Made by a program: the position numbers and the translations under genes
From: Candidatus Nanohalobium sp.
Lineage (GTDB): Archaea > Nanohalarchaeota > Nanosalinia > Nanosalinales > Nanosalinaceae
NCBI GenBank assembly: GCA_042217555.1
Contig: JBDGSL010000002.1
Coordinates: 32,001-96,000, forward strand
Direction of reading: 5' to 3'
Length of the DNA: 64,000 nt
Shown: positions 40,691 to 50,379 of the stretch, piece after piece
Layout: each line of letters begins with the position of its first letter
Numbering within the stretch: the first letter of the stretch is position 1
The notes under the pieces: model-generated
The model's database searches: none
What the model saw: only the letters and a program-made list of their open reading frames with translations
What the model was told of the DNA's origin: nothing

Positions 40691-43600
40691 TCAACTCTTC
40701 AAACCATCAGTATCAATACAAGTCTCCACAGGAGGAGACTCACCCGCCGAATTATACGCCCGAACCCTGTAACACACATACCTCCCAGGCCCAAGCTCCG
40801 AACCAGAGTCAAGGAAAGACTCACTGTTCGCAGGAACCTGGCCAATCCTCTCAAAACTCCCCGACAAATTACTGTAAACACGGAAACCAGACTCCATACT
40901 CGAATTATCCGTCCACGTCAAATTCACATCATACGTAGAAAAGTTGTAACTCTCACTCGTAGTCGAAACACCATCACTAACAACCACCCTCCACCGATAC
41001 ACCGCATCCCGAACCAAGTCATTCCACACAGCACTCACAGAACCATTACCATCCAAACTAAACGAATCAATAACACCGCCACTAGAAGCATTCAAAAACC
41101 TACCGCTCAAAGACTGACCATCCGCATCACCAACACGCACAGACAACTCACCATCCCTGTAGTAAACATTAGTATCATCAGGACTACCCTCACTCACCAC
41201 AGGCCTAGAATTCAAAGACACAGGCTCACGAGGCACACCAAACCCAAACGACTCCAAAACAGGAGTACTCCTCGCATCACCACTACTCAAATTAAACTGA
41301 GCCTGCACATACTGATTATTTTGCATATCAAGACCCACGTCACTCTGAGAAGTCCAAGCACTCCAACCACTAACATTCGCCAACGAAACACTCTCAACCT
41401 CCGGAACACCACCACTGGAACCAGTCAAGGAGTTGAGCTTGAACTGGTAATACTCGCCGGAATTATTGACGCTGAGACTTGAACCTGTGAAGTCTCTGGT
41501 TGTGGAGGAGAATTTGGATATTCGATAAATATCCTTGATTTTAGACTTAGATAAGCCTTCTGAGTAGACTCTGACTTCGTCTATACTTCCATTGAAGTAG
41601 TCTGCCCATCCGGAACCCATGTATAAGGCGTTGCTTGAATCGTCAATATTGCCTGTTGCCGATTTATTGGAAGCTACAATTTTTCCATTGACATAAAGCC
41701 TCATAACACTCCCATTGTATGTACCTGTATAGTGCTTCCATCTACTAGACAGTTCAGGCCCTATTAGAGTGTCTACTCCTTGGATGTGGAATAAAACGTT
41801 ATCTGTCCAACTACCGCCGCCTGTTTCTAATCCATAGTCTGCATAGTTGTAGTATGCTTCCTTGCCTCCTTTTGCTATCAGTTTAGTGTGCTCAAGGTCA
41901 TTCTCTTTGAATTGAATCCAGCCAGATACTGTAACCTCGTCAGTAGGGCTAATTGAAGAGCTATCTTCTATCTCTACAAATTTCTGCGACTTGTCGAAAT
42001 CTAGCGCCTGACCGCTGTAACCACTTACTCTCTGAGGATCACTGCTTGAATCAGAAGCATTAGGCCCGAGAGTACCGCTGTTACCGTTACCACTGGCATC
42101 CATCACTGTCTGCCCCACACCTTCAAAGCTGTAACTCGCCACCAGGGAATCGCTCTCCGGATCCGACTCCCGGCTCCTAACCTGAAGACTGGTAGAGGCC
42201 CAGCTCTGCGAAGGAGCATTATAGAGGGCCTTGATAGAGCTAGTAGACAGGGACTGGTTGTAGATGCGGATGTCGTCGATTTGGCCGTCTGTCCAATCAT
42301 TTTGGTGTGCTCCTATGACTAGATCGGAAGTTGTTGAATCGATTCTAACACTGGAAGATTCTGTCCCTACGTTTTCTCCATCTCTATAGAAAGTTGCCGT
42401 GGCTGAGTTGTTTTGGAAGCTTACTGCAACGTGATACCATGTATTGTTTTTCCAATTTAATGTGTTTGATGTGTATGCATTTCCATATAACCCTAGCCAG
42501 AGCGCATCATCCTTTTTTACCCCTCCTAGATCTGGTGCAAATGTGTAACCGTTGTTCTTATCGAGAATATAATGTGTTGTTGTAGTTTTGTTGGGTTTAA
42601 ACCAAGCGGAAAAAGTGACATCCTGGCCACTTAGGTCTAAGGTGTCCCCTACGTTAATATAATCACCCTTATCAAATTCAAGACAACCCTTGTACCGGCA
42701 GTCTTCCTTCCATGTCGGATCGCTGCTCTCGCTGCTGGTGGAGCCTCCAAGTGTCCCGTTCTGATTCTTTCCTGCTGAGTCAACTGCTACCTGGCCTGAA
42801 CCTGAGTCGAACCGCCACTGCGCCATCGGCTTCAAATCAGTGCCTTTCTGCGTCTGCTTCCACTGCGCCCAGTTCACGTTCGAGGCCTTGATCCATTCAC
42901 TGGTGTAAGAACCAGAGGTGTAGAGAGATTTGATTTCTTGTGTGGATAGGGAGCGACTATACAGCCTCACTTCATCAATTACCCCTTCAAATAGATTCCT
43001 ATTACTTCCAATTGCTTGAACTCCTACAGTTTTATCTGCATTGGCGGTGCTCATTGATGATGACTCATTTAGTGTACCAATCATGCGGCCGTTTAAGTAA
43101 GCTTTATGTAGCGATCCGTTAAAGGTCAAACTTGCATGATACCACGTTTTGGTCTTTCCATCATGACTCGCGATATATCCTCCGTTCCCTCCTCGCTCCG
43201 AATAGAATCCAATTTTGCCAGTATTATCGTCAATAAATATCTCTATTCTGTTGTTGCCGTCTACACCATAGGAATAGATTATTTGATTGTTTTTGGGGTT
43301 CTCCACCTTAAACCAGGTGCTCATTGTGTAGGGGCTGTTCCCTTCTGCATAGTCGGAAACCTGTAGGTCTATCTTATCATCTTTTCCATCGAAGCTGTAT
43401 GCGTTGCTCTGAGGCCTGAATCCTTCTGCGTAGGTGTCGACTCCGCCGTTCAGTGTTCCTGTGTTGCCGTTGCCGCTCCAGTCCCTTACCCCGTTTGGAT
43501 TGGTGTTTTCGAACCGCCAGTACCCGACCAGGCCTTCTGTCGGCCCGGAGAAGCTGGAGCTTCCTTCAACCCATTCACTGTATTCACTGGTTTTCTTGAC

Positions 43601-46600
43601 TTCTGAAGCGGTCTGCACCCGGCCCTCGATGTTGCCGGAGTTTAAGTCTTCGCTCCATGAGAAGCTGTCCCAGGAAATCTTCTTACCAGCATCGAAGAAG
43701 CTGGATGTGAAAAGGCCTGGTGAAGGATTGTATATACTTCTTATTCTCTTGAGGTCCAGTGCATCATAATATATACGGAACTCGTCTAATTTACCGTTGA
43801 AGCTTGCACCTGCGTGCGTCGCATCTCTAAGAGAACCGAATTCCTGGCTGAAACTTGCCTCTGATCCTCCTCCTACCATTCCATATCTCGTAATCCCTGT
43901 TCCTACTTTTCCAAAGTTTGAGAGGTTCTTTTTTGCTTTCACCTCTCCATCAACTATAATTTTCTGCTTGGAACCGGTAGAGTCGTAGAGACCGCAAATA
44001 TGATGCCAGCTTCCATAACTATAATTCTTCGCAGTGAATAAATCGCTTGTAGTGCCACTACTGTTTGTCAGATCCCAGCCCACCGTATTATTCGAACTGG
44101 AAAATTCGCTATTTAATGATAATCTCCAGTATTCACTGCGATCGAATGAAGCAATAAACTGCCCTTCCTTACCCTTTTCAGGTCCTTTTGATTTTACCCA
44201 CGAACAGACTGTTATTTCGTCTATTTGTCCTTTCTGGCTGTATTTTATTCCAGATATTTGCACGTAATCGTCTGATCCATCAAACCTGTATGATTTGGTT
44301 TGCCTAATGCCTTTTTTACCCGTCATTTGTGTGGCTTCTCCGGTTTCGTGGCTCCACCCGCTTCCTGATCGGTTGTAAGTATTTAATTCAAAGTTCCGAG
44401 GAGTACCATTAATCTTGTTACCTGTCTCGCCTTTTAGACAACCATTTCCTGAGGATGAGATATTTATTTTACATTCTCCAGGACCTTCGCGGAAGCTCTG
44501 ATGCATTACTAGGCCTTCGTCTTCTCCGGGTACTGATTCTCCTTGGTAGATGTCTTTGATTTCGAATTTGGAGAGTGAGGTGTTGTAGAGTCTTGGTTCG
44601 TCGATGTGGCCTTTGAAGTACCAGTCTCCGGAGTCTAGGCCTTTGCTTCCGATCAGTGTTTCTCCGCCGGTCTGTGGTGATACTTCTCTGTTGTTGGTGT
44701 CTACGAGTTTGCCGTCGATGTAGAGCTTGAGTGCTTCGCTGGATAGTTTTCCGGTCACCATGTGCCATCTTCCTGCGTCAAGGTTTGCGTTCGCTACCGC
44801 TACCTCGTCTTTGCTTCCATCGGAGATATGCAGTTTGAGATCTCCGTTCTCGGTGTACAATGCGTAGGCAAGGTTTTCGGTGACAGTGCCTGACTGGTTC
44901 TTGCCATGCCACAGAACTGTGTTGATGCCGTTGCCGTTTGACTTCACCCATGCATTTATCGTGAACTCAAGGCTCTGATCGAATACCGGGCTTTCAGAGA
45001 GATTGATCGTGTCGTTCACTCCGTCGAACTCGATGCTGGAACCGCTCAAAACTCCGGTGTTGCCGTTACCCGACCTGTCCTCCACTGTCCTGTCCTCGCC
45101 GTTGAAGTTGTAGTAGGCGACCAAGCTGCCTCCCGGCTGGTAACCTGAGCCAAGCTTCACTTCATCCGCAGTGTCGGCCTCTGTCGAGGAGAAAACGCCG
45201 TCCCGGAACTGCCGGGTAAAGCTTTCAACGTAACGCGAGATGTTCACGGCGAAACCTTTCACAGTACCGGCCGAAGTCGACACGTTATCATTATTGAAGA
45301 CGATGGAAGTGTCGAAGACGCTGTGTGTCCGGTTCCAGTCAAAAGTAAACACCTCCTTACCTCCCGAAAGCTCCGCCGTATTCAACTCGGAGAAACCACC
45401 TATGGCATCCGGACTACCCACCATCCTCGCAGAAATCGAACCATTAGCAGGACTGAAAACCCCTCCACGAATACCCGCCCGCGTAGGATCCCTGAAATTG
45501 CTCCTAGTCGTCAACTCTCCTCTCTGAGAAGTAGAGTAAAGAGACTGGACCTCAGAAGGCGTGAGAGAGCGGTTGTAGATGCGGACCTCGTCAAGAGATC
45601 CAACGAGTGATCCTACTATTCCACTACCATTATTATTGTGTCTTGCTCCAATTACTGGCTTTAAGCTGCTCATATGGAAATCTGTGTTGCTTTCGCCTAC
45701 TTTCTCGCCATCTATGAAGAGAGTAGTTGTATTGTTTCTATTATGAGTTGCACTTATCATGTGCCACTCGTTATCCAAAAGGTTCCTGTTGGAGAGATTA
45801 ATCGCCACTTTATCGCCACCAAACTCTGGTCCTGTAAACAAGAGGTGGTTATAATTGCCGGTGTTTGGAATTCCGTTTGTGTCAAGAGTTAGTACCCACC
45901 CTCTATTATTGTCCCAATAGTCATGACCAAAGATGTTATTCCATCCTAAATCTCTGTCTCTTTTTTTAATCCAAGTGGAGAATGTAAAGCTTCCGCTGTA
46001 AGGCCTTGAATTATTGATTTTTACATAAGTGTTATTGGTTTCAAAATCATATCCACTGGTCCCCAGAACCCCGTCAACTCCCTGAGTCGGATCGCTGGAG
46101 TCGCTGGAATTGCTTGAACCCAGTGTTCCATGGTTGCCGTGGCCGGAGAGATCGTAGGCCTTCTGTCCTGAGTCCTCGTCCAGGCTCCAGTACCCGACCA
46201 GGCCTTCATCTCTAGTTAACTGCCGCATATCGCGGCCGAACGTCCCGTGCTGGTAGAGTTCGTGGATTTCCTGAGAGTTTAATTCCCTACTATAGATTTT
46301 TACTTCGTCTAGAGTACCATTCATTAAGGCCTTTCGATTATTAGACCCTCCTATAACTAGTTTGTCGTTGTTATTGATGTCTCCCTTCTGGAATTTGCTC
46401 TTATTATCTAATCTTCCGTTGATATAAATGCTTCCAGTACTCTCAGATACGTCTCTTTTAACTGTAATGTGGGTCCAAACATGCTTCGAGATGTTTGATT
46501 CACTTGTGAAGCTTTGCCACTCGCTGCACTGGCTACATTTAGATCCCCACCGAATATTTTTGTTGCCAAAGTGATTGTACATAACTAAAAATCTAGCATG

Positions 46601-48442
46601 TGGTGCCAGTTCCTTACTACTAATAAACCACTGGGACTGGTTGGATTCAAATTTAGCCCATATTGATATTGAAATGTCTCCTTCCCCGTTCCAAACATCT
46701 TCTACATTTACTGTTTGGTTAGCATCAAATTCCAAGGCCTTACCTATCTTCCCATCAGTATAACTTGGCTGCGTAAAGTCGCTGGTGTTGCCCAGTACTC
46801 CGTCGTGGTTGCCCCATTCATCTTCTACTACGCGGTCGCCGTCGTTGTTGTCAAAGCTCCAGTACGCGACACCGCCTTCCTTGTCGCCCGGCGGCGTGGC
46901 GTAGCGGCCTGCTCCTTGCTCGTATAATCTTGTGATAGCTGATTTGGATAAAGGTCTGCCATACACCCTCACATCTTGCAGTTTCCCATTGAAAGCATTG
47001 TAATTTTCTCCAGTTTTCCATTCTCCACCTATTGTTTCGGGTCCTGTATCAATACCCCATGTCCCATTATCATCCGCTAAGTGTGCTTCGAGCTTACCAT
47101 TGACGTATATAGACCGGGTATCTTCTTTAAGATTTGCTACTGCTGCTACATGATACCATTTATCCTCTTCTATCACTCCCTTGTCTGTGTCTAAGCTTAC
47201 TTGAGACATATTACGGGAATAGAAACGTAGAGCTCCCGTCCCGGGATCACCATAGGATAGGGCATACCCTCCCGTGTTATTGGCGTCGTCAGCGAAAATT
47301 CTCTGTCCAGACATTGAATCATTATGTGTTTTCATCCATGCAGAGATCGTAAAGCTGCTCTGTATATTTTTAAAGTTTTTAACTTTTATTGTAGTATTTC
47401 TACCATTAAATAAAGCGCTTTTGCTTCCTCCCACTCCGGCATATCCTAGTTTAGGATCATACTCATCGCTTGAGGTGTTTGTGCCCAATATACCGTCTCT
47501 ATTTTTGGAAGAAAGATCCTCTACTATTTGACCTGAGGTTTCGTGCAGCGGCCACCATCCGACCAGGCCTGATTGAAGGGTGTCGCCTGGCCCGATTCTT
47601 TGCTCGGTGTTGCGCTGGTAAAGTTTCTGGACTTCTTTGGTGGAGAGGGCGCGGTCGTAGATGCGTACAGAGTCGATGGAGCCGTTGAAGTTGTAACTGT
47701 TGTCTTTTAGTGCTCCAATTGTTAAGGGGGTGTCATTCGGTTTCAGATCAAGAGATACTTGATTGTTTTGACTGTCTTTGTTTCCGTCTACGTATACTGT
47801 TGTTGTGTTTGTGGCATCGTTGTGTGTCATGGAGATGTGGTGCCATGTGCCGTCAGTTACGTCTGTATCTCCATCTGCTGCTTGGGAAGCGCTCCATGTT
47901 GTTCCGTCTCCGATCAGCCCTCTTACTGTTCCATTGGATAGTATAATCAGCTGGTACGTGAATGTCTTTCTAACTATTTTCATATTGGAGTCTTCTTCGC
48001 TTTTCACCCATGCACTGATGCTCACTTCATTTTTAGCATCCAGTGCACTAGTATCGTTTACTTCAACCAAATCATCTGCGCCATCAAAACTAAGTGAGTG
48101 ACTCCCAATTCTGGAGCTTGTGTTCCATGCCGGGTCGCTGGTTCCGGTAGAGGTGTTGCTTCCTAGTATTCCGTTGTTGTTTAGTGCTGAGTCGTTGGCG
48201 TACTGTCCGCGTCCCTCATCAAATTTGTAGTATGCGATTAGGCCTTGTGTTATGCTGCCGTATTTGTAGCCCTGTGTTAGTTTGTTGTCGGGGTGGTCTT
48301 GTATGCCGTCCCATGTTACTCCTGAGTGGTCGGCGGCGTTTCTCCAGCCGTAGCTCTGTCGGTATTCCTGGTTGAGTGCTGTTGCTGTTCCGGTGAGTAG
48401 GAGTAGTGCTAGGATTGCTGAGAATGTTTTTCCTTTATTCAT
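40691..48442 (-). CDS. Giant secreted multi-LamG (ConA-like) surface protein, 2583 aa
   Basis: Signal peptide; about 9 repeats of GLV(G/A)YW.FD...WHH...YVDG...FNG.IDEVRIYNRAL; FN3-like C-terminus. Confidence 0.92.
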   Translation of the reverse strand: MNKGKTFSAILALLLLTGTATALNQEYRQSYGWRNAADHSGVTWDGIQDHPDNKLTQGYKYGSITQGLIAYYKFDEGRGQYANDSALNNNGILGSNTSTGTSDPAWNTSSRIGSHSLSFDGADDLVEVNDTSALDAKNEVSISAWVKSEEDSNMKIVRKTFTYQLIILSNGTVRGLIGDGTTWSASQAADGDTDVTDGTWHHISMTHNDATNTTTVYVDGNKDSQNNQVSLDLKPNDTPLTIGALKDNSYNFNGSIDSVRIYDRALSTKEVQKLYQRNTEQRIGPGDTLQSGLVGWWPLHETSGQIVEDLSSKNRDGILGTNTSSDEYDPKLGYAGVGGSKSALFNGRNTTIKVKNFKNIQSSFTISAWMKTHNDSMSGQRIFADDANNTGGYALSYGDPGTGALRFYSRNMSQVSLDTDKGVIEEDKWYHVAAVANLKEDTRSIYVNGKLEAHLADDNGTWGIDTGPETIGGEWKTGENYNAFNGKLQDVRVYGRPLSKSAITRLYEQGAGRYATPPGDKEGGVAYWSFDNNDGDRVVEDEWGNHDGVLGNTSDFTQPSYTDGKIGKALEFDANQTVNVEDVWNGEGDISISIWAKFESNQSQWFISSKELAPHARFLVMYNHFGNKNIRWGSKCSQCSEWQSFTSESNISKHVWTHITVKRDVSESTGSIYINGRLDNKSKFQKGDINNNDKLVIGGSNNRKALMNGTLDEVKIYSRELNSQEIHELYQHGTFGRDMRQLTRDEGLVGYWSLDEDSGQKAYDLSGHGNHGTLGSSNSSDSSDPTQGVDGVLGTSGYDFETNNTYVKINNSRPYSGSFTFSTWIKKRDRDLGWNNIFGHDYWDNNRGWVLTLDTNGIPNTGNYNHLLFTGPEFGGDKVAINLSNRNLLDNEWHMISATHNRNNTTTLFIDGEKVGESNTDFHMSSLKPVIGARHNNNGSGIVGSLVGSLDEVRIYNRSLTPSEVQSLYSTSQRGELTTRSNFRDPTRAGIRGGVFSPANGSISARMVGSPDAIGGFSELNTAELSGGKEVFTFDWNRTHSVFDTSIVFNNDNVSTSAGTVKGFAVNISRYVESFTRQFRDGVFSSTEADTADEVKLGSGYQPGGSLVAYYNFNGEDRTVEDRSGNGNTGVLSGSSIEFDGVNDTINLSESPVFDQSLEFTINAWVKSNGNGINTVLWHGKNQSGTVTENLAYALYTENGDLKLHISDGSKDEVAVANANLDAGRWHMVTGKLSSEALKLYIDGKLVDTNNREVSPQTGGETLIGSKGLDSGDWYFKGHIDEPRLYNTSLSKFEIKDIYQGESVPGEDEGLVMHQSFREGPGECKINISSSGNGCLKGETGNKINGTPRNFELNTYNRSGSGWSHETGEATQMTGKKGIRQTKSYRFDGSDDYVQISGIKYSQKGQIDEITVCSWVKSKGPEKGKEGQFIASFDRSEYWRLSLNSEFSSSNNTVGWDLTNSSGTTSDLFTAKNYSYGSWHHICGLYDSTGSKQKIIVDGEVKAKKNLSNFGKVGTGITRYGMVGGGSEASFSQEFGSLRDATHAGASFNGKLDEFRIYYDALDLKRIRSIYNPSPGLFTSSFFDAGKKISWDSFSWSEDLNSGNIEGRVQTASEVKKTSEYSEWVEGSSSFSGPTEGLVGYWRFENTNPNGVRDWSGNGNTGTLNGGVDTYAEGFRPQSNAYSFDGKDDKIDLQVSDYAEGNSPYTMSTWFKVENPKNNQIIYSYGVDGNNRIEIFIDDNTGKIGFYSERGGNGGYIASHDGKTKTWYHASLTFNGSLHKAYLNGRMIGTLNESSSMSTANADKTVGVQAIGSNRNLFEGVIDEVRLYSRSLSTQEIKSLYTSGSYTSEWIKASNVNWAQWKQTQKGTDLKPMAQWRFDSGSGQVAVDSAGKNQNGTLGGSTSSESSDPTWKEDCRYKGCLEFDKGDYINVGDTLDLSGQDVTFSAWFKPNKTTTTHYILDKNNGYTFAPDLGGVKKDDALWLGLYGNAYTSNTLNWKNNTWYHVAVSFQNNSATATFYRDGENVGTESSSVRIDSTTSDLVIGAHQNDWTDGQIDDIRIYNQSLSTSSIKALYNAPSQSWASTSLQVRSRESDPESDSLVASYSFEGVGQTVMDASGNGNSGTLGPNASDSSSDPQRVSGYSGQALDFDKSQKFVEIEDSSSISPTDEVTVSGWIQFKENDLEHTKLIAKGGKEAYYNYADYGLETGGGSWTDNVLFHIQGVDTLIGPELSSRWKHYTGTYNGSVMRLYVNGKIVASNKSATGNIDDSSNALYMGSGWADYFNGSIDEVRVYSEGLSKSKIKDIYRISKFSSTTRDFTGSSLSVNNSGEYYQFKLNSLTGSSGGVPEVESVSLANVSGWSAWTSQSDVGLDMQNNQYVQAQFNLSSGDARSTPVLESFGFGVPREPVSLNSRPVVSEGSPDDTNVYYRDGELSVRVGDADGQSLSGRFLNASSGGVIDSFSLDGNGSVSAVWNDLVRDAVYRWRVVVSDGVSTTSESYNFSTYDVNLTWTDNSSMESGFRVYSNLSGSFERIGQVPANSESFLDSGSELGPGRYVCYRVRAYNSAGESPPVETCIDTDGLKS

Positions 48443-48724
48443 GTATTGAAGTCCTTGTGTTGTTCTACGGTTTCTTTGTTTTTTATCTGGTGTGGTTGAG
48501 GGAGAGAGGGTTAGAACTTGTTCACAGGCCGGTGTTTCTTGATGTGTTTATGTGTTCTGTCTTGTTTCTTTTTAGTTTTCGGCCCTGAGGTTGCATGTTT
48601 TCATTTGGAAGGTGTTCTGGAGTTAGTGTTTCTTGTTAGTTTGATTTTGGTGCTAAGTGTTCAACCGCTGATAAGTCTTTTGGCTGTTAGCACTAAAACA
48701 GCCCTGTTTTGGTGCTTATTTTTT

Positions 48725-48952
48725 ATGGCTAAAGATATGTCGGAGGAAACTAATGGAATGAGCTACAACACTTCCAATAGAGCTGTCCGACAGCTTATTG
48801 AGGACGGTATTATAGATCAGGTAGGGTCTAGGCAGAGAAATAAGAGGTACAAGTGTCAGGAGCTTCTTGATATACTTGAGGAGGAAGACATGAGGTTTGA
48901 GGAAGAAGAGAAAAGACAGATAAGTCTTACCGAGACAGAGGAAGAGCTTTAA
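48725..48952 (+). pseudogene. HTH fragment resembling the C-terminus of Fic-family proteins
   Basis: SYNTSNRAVRQLIEDGII...RQRNKRY; no Fic core upstream. Confidence 0.4.
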
Positions 48953-48956
48953 GCAT

Positions 48957-49385
48957 TTATCGTGTGATCTTGATCGGTTGTGATGGGAAGATGTATTCTC
49001 CGTTGGTTGTCATGTAGAGGTTCATGTTTTTCCGGGTTTTGGTCTGGTTGCCGGGTACTTCGTAGGTTGGGCCGTTGAAGGGGTTGGCTTCGACTGTGTA
49101 TGTGATGGTCCAGTTGTACATTTGGGTGTTTCCTATCTGTACTGTCTGAATGTTTTCTGTTGAAAGGTTGTAGGTGAATGGGTAGCTGAGTGGTCCGTTT
49201 TGAAGGTAGTTTTTACCGTTTTCTATGGCTGTTTCCCTGTCTACCTTGTCTGTTGGGGTTTCCGGTTTCTGGATGTTCTGTTCCTGTGGTTGGAGTGTCT
49301 GTGAGGTTATGAAGCCTGTTGCGAAGAAGGCTGCGAGCAGTGTGCCGATGATTATCTGTTGCAGGGGTAGTTGTTCGGTTTCCAT
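48957..49385 (-). CDS. Membrane-anchored hypothetical protein
   Basis: N-terminal TM segment; ends YMTTNGEYIFP. Confidence 0.65.
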   Translation of the reverse strand: METEQLPLQQIIIGTLLAAFFATGFITSQTLQPQEQNIQKPETPTDKVDRETAIENGKNYLQNGPLSYPFTYNLSTENIQTVQIGNTQMYNWTITYTVEANPFNGPTYEVPGNQTKTRKNMNLYMTTNGEYIFPSQPIKITR

Positions 49386-49440
49386 GTCTGGTTTTTTGTT
49401 GGGTATGGTTTTTATTTTGTCCGTGTCTAATTTCTGTGTG

Positions 49441-49923
49441 ATGGTCGGGAAGGGGCAGTCTTCTATAGAGTATCTTACGACGTATGGATGGATGATACTG
49501 GCTGTAGCGGTTGTGGGAGGTGTAGCTTACGATAATATAGGTTCTAGCTGTACGCGTTCTTTTTCCGGTTTTTACAGTGGTGATGTTGAGGTGAAGAATT
49601 TTGGTGTGGATGGGGATGGAAGTTTCAAGGTCTCTCTTGAGAACGAGAAGTATTATACCCTGGAGGTGAAAAGGTTTAACGTGAGTTCTGAGGATTCCTC
49701 GCGTTACAAGGATTTAAGCGTGTCTATCAGTCCTGGAGGTGTGGCGCAGTTGAGTGTTCCTGGTTATTCGCATGCTGAGACGTGTAAAACCCTGGATGTT
49801 GAGATGGTGTATGATAAAGGGCCTTTGAAGGGTCAGGTGTTGAGGGGTACTGTACGTGCGCCTATAAGTATTGATGCGGTTGCTGTTCCGGCGGCTCCTT
49901 ACTCGCTGGGGGCGGAGGCCTGA
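49441..49923 (+). CDS. Type IV pilin
   Basis: MVGKG/QSSIEYLTTYGWMILAVAVVGG; start trimmed. Confidence 0.85.
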   Translation: MVGKGQSSIEYLTTYGWMILAVAVVGGVAYDNIGSSCTRSFSGFYSGDVEVKNFGVDGDGSFKVSLENEKYYTLEVKRFNVSSEDSSRYKDLSVSISPGGVAQLSVPGYSHAETCKTLDVEMVYDKGPLKGQVLRGTVRAPISIDAVAVPAAPYSLGAEA

Positions 49924-49929
49924 GAAGCT

Positions 49930-50337
49930 ATGTACGAGTTGCTTGGTCATACGGCGGATGAGAAGTTTAGGGTGAGGGCTGGTTCTCTGGAGGAGGCTTT
50001 TTCTGAGGTTACGAGGGCTTTCTCTGAAGTTGTCAAGGGTGATAGGGGGAGTGGTGTTCACAGTGTTTCGGTTGAGTCGGAGAGCTTGGAGGCGTTGCTG
50101 TTTGATTTTCTGGATCGGCTTATCTTTCTGCAGGATACTGAGGGTGTTGCTGTTTCACATGCTGAGAGCTTGGATGTGGAGGAGACGGAGAATGGTTACA
50201 GGCTTGAGGCGGATGTGGCTGTGGATTCGATCACTTCTGGTATGAACTTCACTGATGTTAAGGCTCCTACCTACAACGAGATGAGGGTTGATTATGAGGA
50301 CGGTCAGTGGGTGCTTGAAGCAGTCCTCGATGTGTAG
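49930..50337 (+). CDS. Archease
   Basis: YELLGHTAD...VKAPTY...VLDV; directly upstream of rtcB. Confidence 0.93.
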   Translation: MYELLGHTADEKFRVRAGSLEEAFSEVTRAFSEVVKGDRGSGVHSVSVESESLEALLFDFLDRLIFLQDTEGVAVSHAESLDVEETENGYRLEADVAVDSITSGMNFTDVKAPTYNEMRVDYEDGQWVLEAVLDV

Positions 50338-50379
50338 TCCGAACCAAACTTAACCGTTCCGCCCGCCTAGAAACAATAT

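Noticed and set aside
39053..40938. Several plus-strand Ser/Leu/Phe-rich ORFs
   Set aside because: Antisense shadows of the acidic low-complexity gene; the same applies to most short overlapping ORFs in the track.
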